64,000 bases of DNA from Tubiluchus corallicola (taxonomy: Eukaryota > Animalia > Priapulida). Location: the NCBI GenBank assembly GCA_030141605.1, contig JAQGDQ010000602.1:67461-131460 (forward strand), given 5' to 3'. Position numbers and translations under genes: made by a program. Positions 36,770 through 49,800 of this stretch are shown here, piece after piece; within the stretch, counting starts at the first letter, position 1, and each line of letters begins with the position of its first letter. The notes under the pieces were generated by a model, which had not been told where the DNA came from, ran no database searches, and worked only from the letters and a program-made list of their open reading frames with translations.

Positions 36770-37859
36770 AACCAATTAACCACGAATCACTTCCATCTCA
36801 CGATTTTTCCTAGTAAACGTTTGGCAATATACGCTATCTTTTCAACGTCCTGCTCAAAGCTGGGAAAAGTAGTTTTGTATCCACGACTTAGCCACCAATG
36901 TCGTTGATCGTTTATTAAGTATTACTAGTATCTACAAAACACCTCGCAACATTATGATGACCGTGTCTTAGGTAAAAAGTTTTTAATTCAATAAAATTAT
37001 GTAAGGCCTTAAACCTTGCACTGGTCATATTTTCACAAAAAATGCTTCAGTTAACAATAATCTTTTCAATGTTTTGTGTCTGCTATGAAAATCAAAGTAA
37101 AGACAAAGATGTATATTTAATTCATTCTCATAAAGAACAAACAAGGAAAGAAAGAAATAAACAAGCAAAAGAAAATAATCAGAATATAAATTGCACATAA
37201 CTCAACTATTTCTATCGTGCATTTTCATAGACAGTATTTTATTTTTGGCATTCAGTGAAAAGTAATTGTAAGTGAAAAGCAATTGCTGCTTCAAATTTCA
37301 TTAATGTTTGTGGAATTTTTTCTTCATTCTTTGTATGTGCCCGACACCTCTGTTTCTTCACCATTATAAATCCAAGCAATATAATCTAATCAAATTTCAT
37401 GTAGAATGTCCTTTCCATTCACATATTAAAATTAATAATTATTTTTAAATTTCATTTTTTCTGTCACACTTAATGAATAATAAGCAGTCAAATTTGGAAG
37501 TAAAAATAACTTTTTATTGTATTATTTTCAAAACACAAAAAACGATAAACAGGTAAAAGTTATTATGTGAGAACCAAATGAAAACTAAACAAAACTAAAT
37601 ATGCGTAACAAAAATTAATTACCACTAGTTTTCAATTAATAATAATTAATATATATTAATAATATTACTAATGGTCAATAATATTAGTCAAATAATACTG
37701 TAATTATAATTGTGAAAGAAAACAGCAATAATTATGTCTTTTGAGTCTTTTTCCTGACAATACGTATTGGAAGATGATACGAAGCCATTTCACTGTTTAG
37801 GAGAAGCCTTCTTTTTAAGACAAGGTGTCTTGGAGTTTCCTGAAATAAGATGTGCACCA

Positions 37860-38146
37860 TGAATCCTTCCAGAGCATTTACACATTTTACAATTAAAATT
37901 TTACTGTGCTGTCTCTGGAATCCTTACAGAGCATTTACACATTTTACAATTAAAATTTTACTGTGCTATCTCTGGAATACTTACAGAGCATTTACACATT
38001 TTACAACTAAAATTTTACTGTGCTGTCTCTGGAATCCTTACAGAGCATTTACGCATTCTGTAATTAAAATTTTACTGTGCTGTCTCTGGAATCCTTACTG
38101 AGCATTTACACATTCTGTAATTAAAATTTTTCTATGCTGGCTCTGG
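37860..38146. repeat. 57-bp minisatellite x 5
   Basis: Repeated GAATCCTTACAGAGCATTTACACATTTTACAATTAAAATTTTACTGTGCTGTCTCTG. Confidence 0.9.
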
Positions 38147-38689
38147 TACGCAGTATACATTTCTTAAGTGCAATGTATTTTTACTTTGTTTACACAAGTT
38201 TTTAATTGGTACATAAAGATTTTACCCATCTATCTTAAAATCACTATGATACTATCAGCAAACCTCGATATAGTCGAAAAACAGGCACTTTATATATAAC
38301 TGTCTCTGTAAGCCACTATATAATCACAATGAGTCCAGAAATCCGAACAAATGCCAGATTCGACATTTCTGCCACATATAATGAATAATAATCTGTCAAA
38401 TTTGGAAATAATGATAACTTTTTATTGTTATTTTCAAGACAGTAACGTTTTGCTGAATGTTAGGGTTAGCTTCTTTGCAATTATATTCTGTCGGTTTGGC
38501 TTCTTATTTAGCACCACGTTATCATGAAAGTTGTCTGAAAGCACAAGAAGTTTAGCGATAAATAATTGTCTTAAGTGAATAGGCGAGCATAACCAGTATT
38601 GCCCCATATGAATTTAATAATAGCTTATAATTTCGCTGAACTTGCTTATTAAGCATACAGGAACTGCATGCTTTGTTTCCATTAATGTG

Positions 38690-38927
38690 TTTGATGTAGG
38701 TGATAGGGTGTGATGTGCGTGATATGGTGCAATATATGTGGCATTGTGTGAATAAGTGGTGATTTTTTGGGGTAGGTGGTGTGGTGTGGATGGTGTGTTG
38801 TGGTGTACGTAGTTTTGTGCGGTGTAGGTGATGAGGTGTGATGTAGTTGGTGTCGTGTGGTGTATGTAGTGTCTTGGGTTTAGGTGGTGTCGTATGGTGT
38901 AGGTGGTGTCATGTGTGTGTGTGTGGG
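38690..38927. repeat. GT-rich low-complexity tract
   Basis: Degenerate GGTGT/GTG repeats. Confidence 0.75.
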
Positions 38928-39134
38928 TACATGTATCGCCCGTCGATTTTTTGTTTCAGAAGGTCAAAGGTCAAAATTATGAAGCAAAGAAATGTCACAA
39001 AAACAAAACAGATGAGCTGTATTCATCAAACTAGGTACAGCGACACTTTTTGGCTCAAAAAAATAAAGGTTAAGGTCGAAAGACTAACTAATCTTTGTCT
39101 ACAGTGACTTCGTGCGAGGCCTGAGTTCGAATCT

Positions 39135-40000
39135 CTATTGAGTGTCTTCTAATTGAATACTTAAGCCAGAAAGAGTACTCACACTTCCCTTCTCTATCGG
39201 CTGTTCATCATCACCGCAAATGCTGAAAACATCATCGTCGGCTCTCACATTCCCTTTCAGCTCTCCATCCATCTCATCTTGGAGATGTGACACATCTATA
39301 AGATCAGAGAGCATTCCATCAATGACCTCATCAATAGTCTCAAAACGCAAAAGCCGGACGTAAAATTAAATCATCTAATAGAAATACAGTCATTCAACCC
39401 CTTCAACTGAATAGAAAGGAAGGCATTTGCAAACAAATGCAACTGCGAATGGGTAGTTGCGACAGCACCACAACCTCCGTCGCACTTAAACCAATGTTCG
39501 GGTCACTAAGATCTGAAGATACGCCATACTTCGTATGACATATGACACATTCTTCTTGAACAGGAGAATTATCCTTTAACAATATATTCTTTCAAGCTCT
39601 CACTAAGTTCCAAGCACAGACAGATTTGCAGGAGCATAACAGGCAAATAATGTTAATAAAAACGTGTTATTTCTAACAGTGTAATGAAAATTTGGGGGTC
39701 GTTACATACATTACTGACACATACCCGTCTCGCTGGTACTGCTAGTAGCACAATCATCTTGGCTGTTTTTTGGGCAAAAGAAGATGTGAGTTTCTGGTGA
39801 GGAATCAACATCGGCAGCAGCTGATCTTGCATCACAGGAAGCAGCAGCAGCAACTGCAGCTGAAGTTGTAAAAATGACATTTAGCAAGTCACACAGAAGT
39901 CTGCATCGAACATAAATTCATTATGACAAATTCTGCGCAGCGCCCTCGTGTGTTTGATATAAGCGATTTTTAGCCAATTTTTCATTTCCTAGTTCATTTA
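39135..40000 (-). pseudogene. Decayed coding remnant with a PHD-finger-like segment and acidic tail (probably transposon-derived)
   Basis: The minus strand gives EECVICHTKYG...(frameshift)EHWFKCDGGCG...H and an acidic 71-aa ORF. Stops and frameshifts are present, and AGGTCAAAGGTCA motifs flank the region. Confidence 0.35.
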
Positions 40001-41370
40001 TAGAAGACCTACATCATGGCTCACTAGCTTACCAAAACTCTACATGCAATAGCAAGAAAGTCGAAGTTGAATAAAAAAAAAAAAAACGTTACAAATGACA
40101 GCAGAACAACAACTTACTGACAGCAAATATTTTTTTAATTATCTGTGACGTATTTAACTTGCAAAATCATGCAGGTATCGGTCACTGGATGATTTTCTTT
40201 CAAACACAAATATTTTGAAAAATTAAATCCATCCGGTGATCCATTTATACCTGTTTAGTGTTAAATAAAAATGGATGTCAAGTCTCCTAATGGCGGCAAA
40301 TGATTGAAGTAAACGTCACGAGAAGTGGCGAGATGTAAGCAAAGAAGTGAGGGTCAAAGGTCAAGGTCAGACATCTGATTCTTACTTACGTTGTTTTTAA
40401 AGTTTAAACAAAATCGCTGATGGTAAAATCACAAAACAGGTAACTTATTACCCTTCACCTCCTTTTGCAAATTAAGAAATACAATTGACATGTAAAGATT
40501 GGTGTAAAAATACACAAGAGGTCAATGTCACAAAGGTGAGAGGTCAACGTCAAAGATGAGAGGTCAATGTCATAGTATAAAATAAAGTTGACACTAAAAA
40601 TTATTGTATTTTACAGCAGAGTATTGACTCATGGTACTATCAGGTTTAGGCTAAAACGACTACAAAAAACATGCAATTTTATTAAGAAAATCATAGCCGA
40701 ATGAAATACTCGTAACACAACAAACATAACAACAGCAAATAGCACAAACAATATTTTAGACTTTTAATAAGCACACAAGTAGTGTTGTTGTGCTTCTTTG
40801 CGCAACTATTTTTGCCACAGAAAAGTGACATGCAGAAAAATCATCCACACTACTTGCAGTATGCAAAAAGCAAAAGCTTAACTTCTCGGTAGCAAACTTA
40901 CAAACTATTTTAGTTTTAACAATATTTTATTTGACAAGAAACATTACAATCATAAGTACATTTATAATAAAAAAACATTTAGTCAAACGCTGATTGGCTA
41001 ACAGGTATAACCTATATAAAAGCCTTTCAGAAAGTAGATACGTCATTTATAAGTTTAATAGCCACACAATTACAAGAGCTGTTAGTAATTCATTAAGTAA
41101 AAGTGAAATTGAGAACGTTTGTAACTTGTTTTTTGACCAGCGGTCTGCAAAAGGTTGGGACAAGTTGGTTATGATGTGTTTGATGTTGATGTTAAGCTAC
41201 AAAAATAGAACGAGTGCTGAAGAACCTAATGAAAGATGAAAGTGTTGGGATCATGGGAACGCATAAGTTTAAATAATTTGTCCTGTAAGGTAGAATTCAG
41301 AGATTATTAATGCACTATAGTTTTAATTTTATTAATTAAAGCGCCCACTTTAGATCAGAAATACTATAGC

Positions 41371-43114
41371 ATTGTTAGAATCAGGAGACAGTGAGATATT
41401 GCCACATTCTTAGAATCAGGACACAGTGAGATATTGCCACATTGTTAGAATCAGGGAAACAGTGAGATATTGCCACATTGTTAGAATCAGGAGACAGTGA
41501 GATATTGCCACATTCTTAGAATCAGGAGACAGTGAGATATTGCCACATTGTTAGAATCAGGAAACAGTGAGATATTGCCACATTCTTAGAATCAGGACAC
41601 AGTGAGATATTGCCACATTGTTAGAATCAGGTAAACAGTGAGATATTGTCACATTGTTAGAATCAGGAGACAGTGAGATATTGCCACATTCTTAGAATCA
41701 GGAGACAGTGAGATATTGCCACATTGTTAGAATCAGGAAACAGTGAGATATTGCCACATTCTTAGAATCAGGACACAGTGAGATATTGCCACATTGTTAG
41801 AATCAGGTAAACAGTGAGATATTGTCACATTGTTAGAATCAGGAGACAGTGAGATATTGCCACATTCTTAGAATCAGGAGACAGTGAGATATTGCCACAT
41901 TGTTAGAATCAGGAAACAGTGAGATATTGCCACATTCTTAGAATCAGGACACAGTGAGATATTGCCACATTGTTAGAATCAGGAAAGAGTGAGATATTGC
42001 CACATTGTTAGAATCAGGGAAACAGTGAGATATTGCCACATTGTTAGAATCAGGAGACAGTGAGATATTGCCACATTGTTAGAATCAAGGAAACAGTGAG
42101 ATATTGTCACATTGTTAGAATCAGGGAAGCAGTGAGATATTGCCACATTGTTAGAATCATTGAAACAGTGAGATATTGCCACATTGTTAGAATCAAGGAA
42201 ACAGTGAGATATTGCCACATTGTTAGAATCAGAAGACAGTGAGATATTGCCACATTGTTAGAATCAGGGAAACAGTGAGATATTGCCACATTGTTAGAAT
42301 CAGGGAAACAGTGAGATATTGTCACATTGTTGGAATCAGGGAAACAGTGAGATATTGCCACATTGTTAGAATCAAAGAAACAGTGAGATATTGTCACATT
42401 GTTAGAATCAGGGAAGCAGTGAGATATTGCCACATTGTTAGAATCATTGAAACAGTGAGATATTGCCACATTGTTAGAATCAAGGAAACAGTGAGATATT
42501 GCCACATTGTTAGAATCAGAAGACAGTGAGATATTGCCACATTGTTAGAATCAGGGAAACAGTGAGATATTGCCACATTGTTAGAATCAGGAGACAGTGA
42601 GATATTGCCACATTGTTAGAATCATTGAAACAGTGAGATATTGCCACATTCTTAGAATCAGGGAAACAGTGAGATATTGCCACATTGTTAGAATCAGGGA
42701 AACAGCGAGATATTGCCACATTTTTAGAATCAGGGAAACAGTGAGATATTGCCACATTGTTAGAATCAGGAGACAGTGAGATATTGCCACTTTGTTAGAA
42801 TCAGGGAAACAGTGAGATATTGCCACATTGTTAGAATCATTGAAACAGTGAGATGCCACATTGTTAGAATCAGGGAAACAGTGAGATATTGCCACATTGT
42901 TAGAATCAGGGAAACAGTGAGATACTGCCACATTGTTAGAATCAGGGAAGCAGTGAGATATTGCCACATTGTTAGAATCAGGAGACACTGATATATTGCC
43001 ACATTGTTAGAATCAGGGAAACAGTGAGATACTGCCACATTGTTAGAATCAGGGAAGCAGTGAGATACTGCCACATTGTTAGAATCAGGGAAGCAGTGAG
43101 ACACTGCCACATTG
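41371..43114. repeat. 35-36-bp satellite array (about 49 units)
   Basis: CACATTGTTAGAATCAG(GGAA/GAG/GAC/GAA)ACAGTGAGATATTGC head to tail, with a 176-bp five-unit higher-order block in the left part. Confidence 0.97.
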
Positions 43115-43162
43115 TAGTATTCGGATCTGATTCCAAGCAAGTGCATTTATAGGACAGATATA

Positions 43163-43673
43163 CAGTCATACCTCCGTTGTCGAACGCCTCCGTACTCGTA
43201 CAAATCGGTTTTTGACCAGAAAATTCGAGCTGAAAGTGTTTCCTCTCTCCACCAGAATTTAAGTAGTTAACCAATCGCCAAACACGTGATAAACGTATGC
43301 ATTGCGAGCCGAGTAGAGCCGACCGTAACTGACCGCGCCCGAGAGTAGTCACGTGCAAGATTTTAATCGCCTACCATCACTAAGTGCTTTCTATGCTTAT
43401 TTTTTTCGCTTTTTCATGCAGGAATAATTATGTTTTTCTTTCTAAGTAATTCTATTATGTTTTCTTATCAATTGTATCGCATCTACTGTTTGAATAAACA
43501 TTTTTGCATTATTATATTTTGTTTTAGTAATACTTACAGTTCATTTGGTGCTTGAGAACGGATTATTTGCTTTTACATTATTTCTTATAGGAATAAATGA
43601 TTCGCAACTCAACCAAATCAGGTTTTCAAGCATTTTTAGGAATGAATTATGGTCGAAAACAGAGGTATGACTG
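43163..43673 (+). mobile_element. Tc1/mariner (pogo-like) MITE, copy 1
   Basis: TA|CAGTCATACCTCCGTTGTCGA ... TCGAAAACAGAGGTATGACTG|TA. Confidence 0.88.
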
Positions 43674-43836
43674 TACTGGATACGGATAACCTATTTCGAA
43701 AACACATATCTTCTTTTTTAGGTGTTAAGCATTTAGCAAAGAGTGAATTTCAAGCTCATTCACATTTCCTGCACTTTTTACATTCTGAATGGCTTCTCTA
43801 GTAATGAAGCCAATAACTTTCCTAATGTTTACTAAA

Positions 43837-46800
43837 TCAAATGTACTTAGGGGTACCTTGTTGGGAAACATCCTGAATCTTATATTTAGGTGCAACTTGC
43901 ACCTGAGGTGCCACCTTAGCAACCGGCGAAGGAGTTACCTTAGCAACCTGTAAACAAAACAGAAGATTACGCCTGATTTACTGCAGCACTAATGTAAAGC
44001 TTGTTCGAAATGAAAAAAAAAACTTGTTCAAAACTGTTCTTCATCACTGCTTTTCATTGAGAAGATCTCAGGGTTTATTTTTAAAATTAACAGACAATGA
44101 ATAAACTATGATAATGAATTCTATTAATTTTTTTATTAGAAAAATCCAATATTTCTACTGCTCACTAGTAGTCATCGCCAGGAAGAAATGATGACTGACG
44201 ATGAGAACTAATGTACAGTAGAAATACTAAATTTTTCTAATGAAAATTTAATGAAATTTATTATACCGTGAGAAGTTATCAGATATCGACATTTATAAAA
44301 TGTGAACTGGAATAACTTGGAGTTAAGAAATGCTGAATTCGGTTGGTCAGCTATAGTGATGAACTTTGAACAACCTTGACCACTGGAAGAGACAGTGGCC
44401 GAGTGGTCTAAGACATCTGCTACTGTCCGCAGAACGTTGCTGGTTCAAATCCAGGTTGCAACCCAATTTTTTGGCATTTTCTGTGTTTCAGGTTTGCAAT
44501 CAAAACTTGTGGGTCTGTATCATTATGGAGTAGATAATTAACTGTTACTAATTCTGACCAATTCAACAAATGCTGTCCTTGACAAACATTCACAATTGAC
44601 CACAGGGCAGTGAAACAATGTCCTCTCTATTTTTTTGTGAAAATACTTATTTTTATTTTGAGGCAGAGAAATATAGTTTATCTTTTACAAATTTAACATT
44701 TGACCGAAGAACGGAGGTGTCGATGCATTTTACAATTTACAGATACATACAATCATTCTTAAAATCACAAAATTATATCAATTGGAAATAATGCTAAGCT
44801 TAAAAAATTTTAAAAGTCACCTTAAAATTGAATAACATACAAAATACAGTTATAACTCGGTTTTCGAACGTCTCAGTACTCGTACAAATTGGTTTTTGAC
44901 CAGAAAATTCGAGTTGAAATTGTCTCCGTTCTTGACCAGAATTTCGGTACTCGACCAACCGCCAGGCATGTGATGAACGCATGCACAGCGAGCCGAGTAG
45001 AGCTGAGCGTAACCGACTGCACCCGAGAGTAGTCGCACACGTGTTTCTGCTCTTGCCTACGTATACCATCACACTGCTACCAATACGTAAGGTTTTTCAT
45101 GCAGGAATAATTATGTAATTCTTCCTAAGGAATTCTACACTATGTTTTTCTTATCAATTATATCATATCTACTCTTTGAATAAACATTTTTGCATTAGTA
45201 TGTTTCGTTTTAGTAATACTTTACAGTTCATTTGGTGCTTGAGAATGGACTATTTGCTTTTACATTATTTCTTATAGGAATAAATGATTCGGTTTTCAAA
45301 CACTTTTTAGGAATGAATTACGGTCGAAAACAGAGGTATGACTGTAGAACTATAATTCATAAAGCTGCCTAAAAAGTTGAGCTTTGAAGTGTTTTTTAAA
45401 AGTTTGTAATGTTGGTAGTTGACGCATAGTTAATGGTAAACAATTCCACAACCGTGCAGCAGTAACTGTTAAAGCATGATAACCAAATGTTTCTTGCTTG
45501 CTTATGTCTGGGTTCCTTTATCCATAAAGGATCAGCTGCTGCGCAGGTGCGCGAAGCGTAACAATTTCCACCTTGTAAAGTTCTTACCCTACGTATTTGT
45601 AATTTCTAGTCAATGAATCTAATCTAATCTAATCTGCATACAATCACGTACAAAATACAGCTGTTATTTTTACCGCACAACCATCACTCACCCGCTTTAA
45701 GACCGGCAAATATTCAGCAGGTGATCTTTTGCCAGGAATGGAGCTTTGACAATCTGATTTGGCCGATTTTCCCGCCCCCATGATGGAAGGGGACGAGAAA
45801 GAATGCTCCCCGGCATTTGTTGCATACTTCCCATCTGAAAGAGGAACACCCGAGTCGCTCATCCACTGTTCCGGATGACAGGATACTTCACTGGCAGCAG
45901 GCACGTTTGGATTTGGACGAATATCCTTTCTCATGGACTTGTCAATACACATAGACAACGGAGCTGAAGTCTTTGTGCTAAAAAATGACCAATAATTGTC
46001 AAAAACAGATTATAGGTGGATAGAAGGATAATTTAATGAAAAATCCTGGTTTTACTTTAAAAGGGATATTTTGCAACCCATTACAGGATGCTTCTTCAGT
46101 GTGAACATAAGAAATACAGAAAATCTTGAAAAACAAATTATGTCCAATGTTTGTTTTGAAAAAACAAAATAATATTTTTTGTGTATCAAGATTTACCACA
46201 ATTCTTACATTCACTGTGAAAAAAAACTGTAATGGTTTGCGTAATATCTTGTTTGTTTTTAAAATAAGTGAAATTTTTGATTAATTTGTCCAGGTATCTG
46301 TTTATCATTTGCGTTTTATCAATAATGGATCTATATCTTGTATATCAGATGGTAGAGGTGCACAGATATTAGACTGAGGTCAAGAGGTCGGCAACCAAAC
46401 AACAATATCAGATTCTAATGTCTTGCAGACATCAGCACAGGACGTCTAACAAACGGTGAGATAATGTCAGGATTGGACAATGAAACAACATCAAGATCTG
46501 GCTTTGCAAAAACTTCCGTTTATGATGAAAAGTTAATGTCTACCGAAAGTCAGAGGGTAAGGATCTAATGAGAGATAAAAATCCCAACAATCAAAAATGT
46601 ACATTTGGAATTACTCGTTTCCATAAAATTTAACGAGTCTTGGACACGTTAATAAATCTCCATCCACAAAAACACAACAATAAAAAATGTACACTTGGAA
46701 TTACTTGTTTCCACAAAATTTAACAAGTCTTGGACATGTTAACAAATCTCCATCCACAAAAACACAACAATCAAAAATGCACACTTGAAATTACTTGTTT

Positions 46801-49800
46801 CCACAAAATTTAACGAGTCTTGGACATGTTAACAAATCTCCATCCACAAAAACACAACAATCAAAAATGTACACTTGGAATTACTCGTTTCCATAAAATT
46901 TAACAAATCTTGAATACGTTAATAAATCTCTGTCCACAAAAACACAATCAAAAATGTACACTTGGAATTTCTCGTTTCCACAAAATTTAACGAGTCTTGG
47001 ACACGTTAATAAATCTCCATCCACAAACACACAACAATCAAAAATTTACACTTGAAATTACTTGTTTCCACAAAATTCAACGAGTCTTGGACACGTTAAT
47101 AAATGTCCATCCACAAAAACACAACAATCAAAAATGCACACTTGGAATTATTCCTTTCTATGAAATTTAACGAGTTTTGGACATGCTAATAAATCTCCGT
47201 CTACAAAAAACTTAAAGATGCGAGACAATAAATAAATAAATGCTAAGAAGAGAAAAAATACCGCCGAAAATTCTTTTGTCTCTGGTGATCCATATTAGGT
47301 GGCGAAACTGGTCTTTGCGGCAGTGAGCTACGAAAAAACGGCTCTTGATAAGTCGGCACTCCGATGACTTTCCCCTGCACGTAATTAGAGAATGGTGGTG
47401 GTACTGATGCTGCTGCATAACGATCACCGAGGTTCATAAAAGGTGCTGAGACCTGTTGAACTGTGACGAGCTTTGCTAACTTATCAATCTCCTGTAATAT
47501 CAAAATGCCTGCCTAACAGTGAATAACAACAATGTAATGATGTAATAAAGTACACCAAGTCTAGACAGTAAATGGATGGACGACTGGGAGTAAAACTGTC
47601 TACGTACGATTTGATTTCCCATATTGCACTAGGTACTTTCGTCAGGAGGGCGTGCACATATGTATCCAGATATGACTAAAACACATTTACTGGTTCATTG
47701 CCTCTTCTTAGATGACTGTTTTTGATAGCTAGCAAGATTCCGATCCTACCACACAATTAACATTATATTGTCACTGTGTATGTTGTGTACTGGATGCTAG
47801 CCTGCTGTGTGCAAAACTGTACTTAAAAACAACAACAGCAGCACATATTAAGATTCCCACTATTGCCAGTTAATGTAAGACAAGAAAACACTCTTCCAAG
47901 ATAAACCTTTGAAAATTCATCTTGAAATTTTATACAGTAGGCACTGTTTGATAGACTCACTTTGGGACTGAAGTGTTTTGACCCAGTTAACCATTTGAAC
48001 CTATTAACCGATGGGTGTGGTATTACTGGTGTAGAAGTATGAGTCAACAGCTGTGAGTGCACTGCAAAGATTTTTAATGGATTTTAGAAACTAAGTACAG
48101 TCAACCCTCGTTAAACCGGACTAATTGGGGGGGGGGGGGTCCGGTTTAGCCGATTGTCCGATTTATCCGATATGCCTATATATGGTCTATATTATACAGG
48201 AATAATAACCTTAATAAGGCCTACATACATTGCACTATATACTATACCGTATATTACTTTAAAATAGTTAACCTGTGAGGATACAGAAATTATTGTACAG
48301 TTGGTAGGCCGTGTTGTGTTTAGCGCTCCGCTATTGGACGGAAATCGGTCACTTTCCTTTACCACGGATGACGTCCGTCTTATCCAATATCCGAGCTAAC
48401 GGAGTCCGAGGGTCGACTGTAATGTCTAAATGTCTTTGCACAGTTAAAAATTAGAGAAAATATTTTAAAATATTAGTTTATATGAGTGAATTAAAATTAA
48501 AAAGTATAGTTTTCTAAATCACACAAGTACGTTTATTTGCAAAAATGACAAAAATTTCTTCAAAGTCGGCTGCTTCATCTTATCACAAGAACTAAGTGAT
48601 TAAACTTTCGGGTAAAAACATACTGCTGAGCAAGTGATTAAATGTTTAGCTTCCAGGAATTTTTGGGTAACGAAGTTAATTGCAATGGACGGGCAGTCAA
48701 AGCAAACCATTAGGCTATTATAATTAGGATAGGATAAACGTTCCTTCTTACAAACAAAACGGTACTTAACATGATTGTTTCTATGTATATTATAAGACAA
48801 AAGCGAACTAAGATGATATAAAAGCCATAAAAGCTTATTAGTCATATAAAAGTGTCTTATTAAAGCACATGAAGCAAAAATATTGAGTCAATTATGCGGA
48901 GTTATTTGAATCAATTACTGACAGTTTTTATGTACATTTGAAGAGAAGTGGCCCGTACCAGGGCCGTAATATTAATTTATATAAGTGAATTAGCAATAAA
49001 GTAAAAAGTATACTTTTCTAAATCACACAAGTCTGTTTATTAGCAAAAATTTCTTCGAAGTCAGTTGCTTCATTTTATCGCAAAGAAGTACTGAAAATCT
49101 GTTGTTGTAAGATGCAAGAATCTTTGTAACATGCTTAGTGCTTGGCGTGCTTAAACTGTTGGAGGTGCCCGTGTTTTCCCGCAAGTAGTTTTGCCCAAGT
49201 TTCGCTTGCTATAATTGTGATATACTTACTGTACTGTACCTGCGTCCTTAATCAGCAACATCTAACTGATTAAAATTTCGGGCAAAGACAGTCAGGACGT
49301 CAAAAGCAAACCGCCAAGCAAGTGATTAAATGCTTAGCTTCCAGGAATTCTTGAGTAACAAGGTTAATTGCAGTGGACAGGCAGGCCACAGCAAATAATA
49401 AGGTTATAATGATTAGTGTATGATAAACGTTACTGCTTACAAACAAAACGGTACTTAACAATATTGTTTCTATGTATATTATTGGACAAAAGCAAACTAA
49501 GCTGATATAAAAGTCATAAAAGCTTATTAGTCACATGAAAGTGTCTTATTGAAGCATGTGACATAAAGATAATTGAGTCAATTACGCGACAGTTTTTATG
49601 TACATTAGGATAGAAGCGGTCTGTACCAGGCGTTTTTGAGTCAATCAAGTGATTGAATCTATTAACCGTGAGTCTATTAAGTGGCGCCAACTGTATCAAT
49701 TAAATCTCTTGCATGTGAGTGCTGTCTTATTGCACATAGGGCTTGCATCGGCAGCTAGGCAATATAAAACTCAAAAAATTAAATTCCTGCGATGACCACT

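Noticed and set aside
41371-43114. CRISPR-like array (36-bp repeats)
   Set aside because: Units are head to tail with no unique spacers, there are no cas genes and the context is eukaryotic. The overlapping ORFs are repeat artefacts.
44389-44462. Functional tRNA gene
   Set aside because: The acceptor stem does not pair and the anticodon loop has the wrong size, so I treated it as a tRNA-derived repeat.
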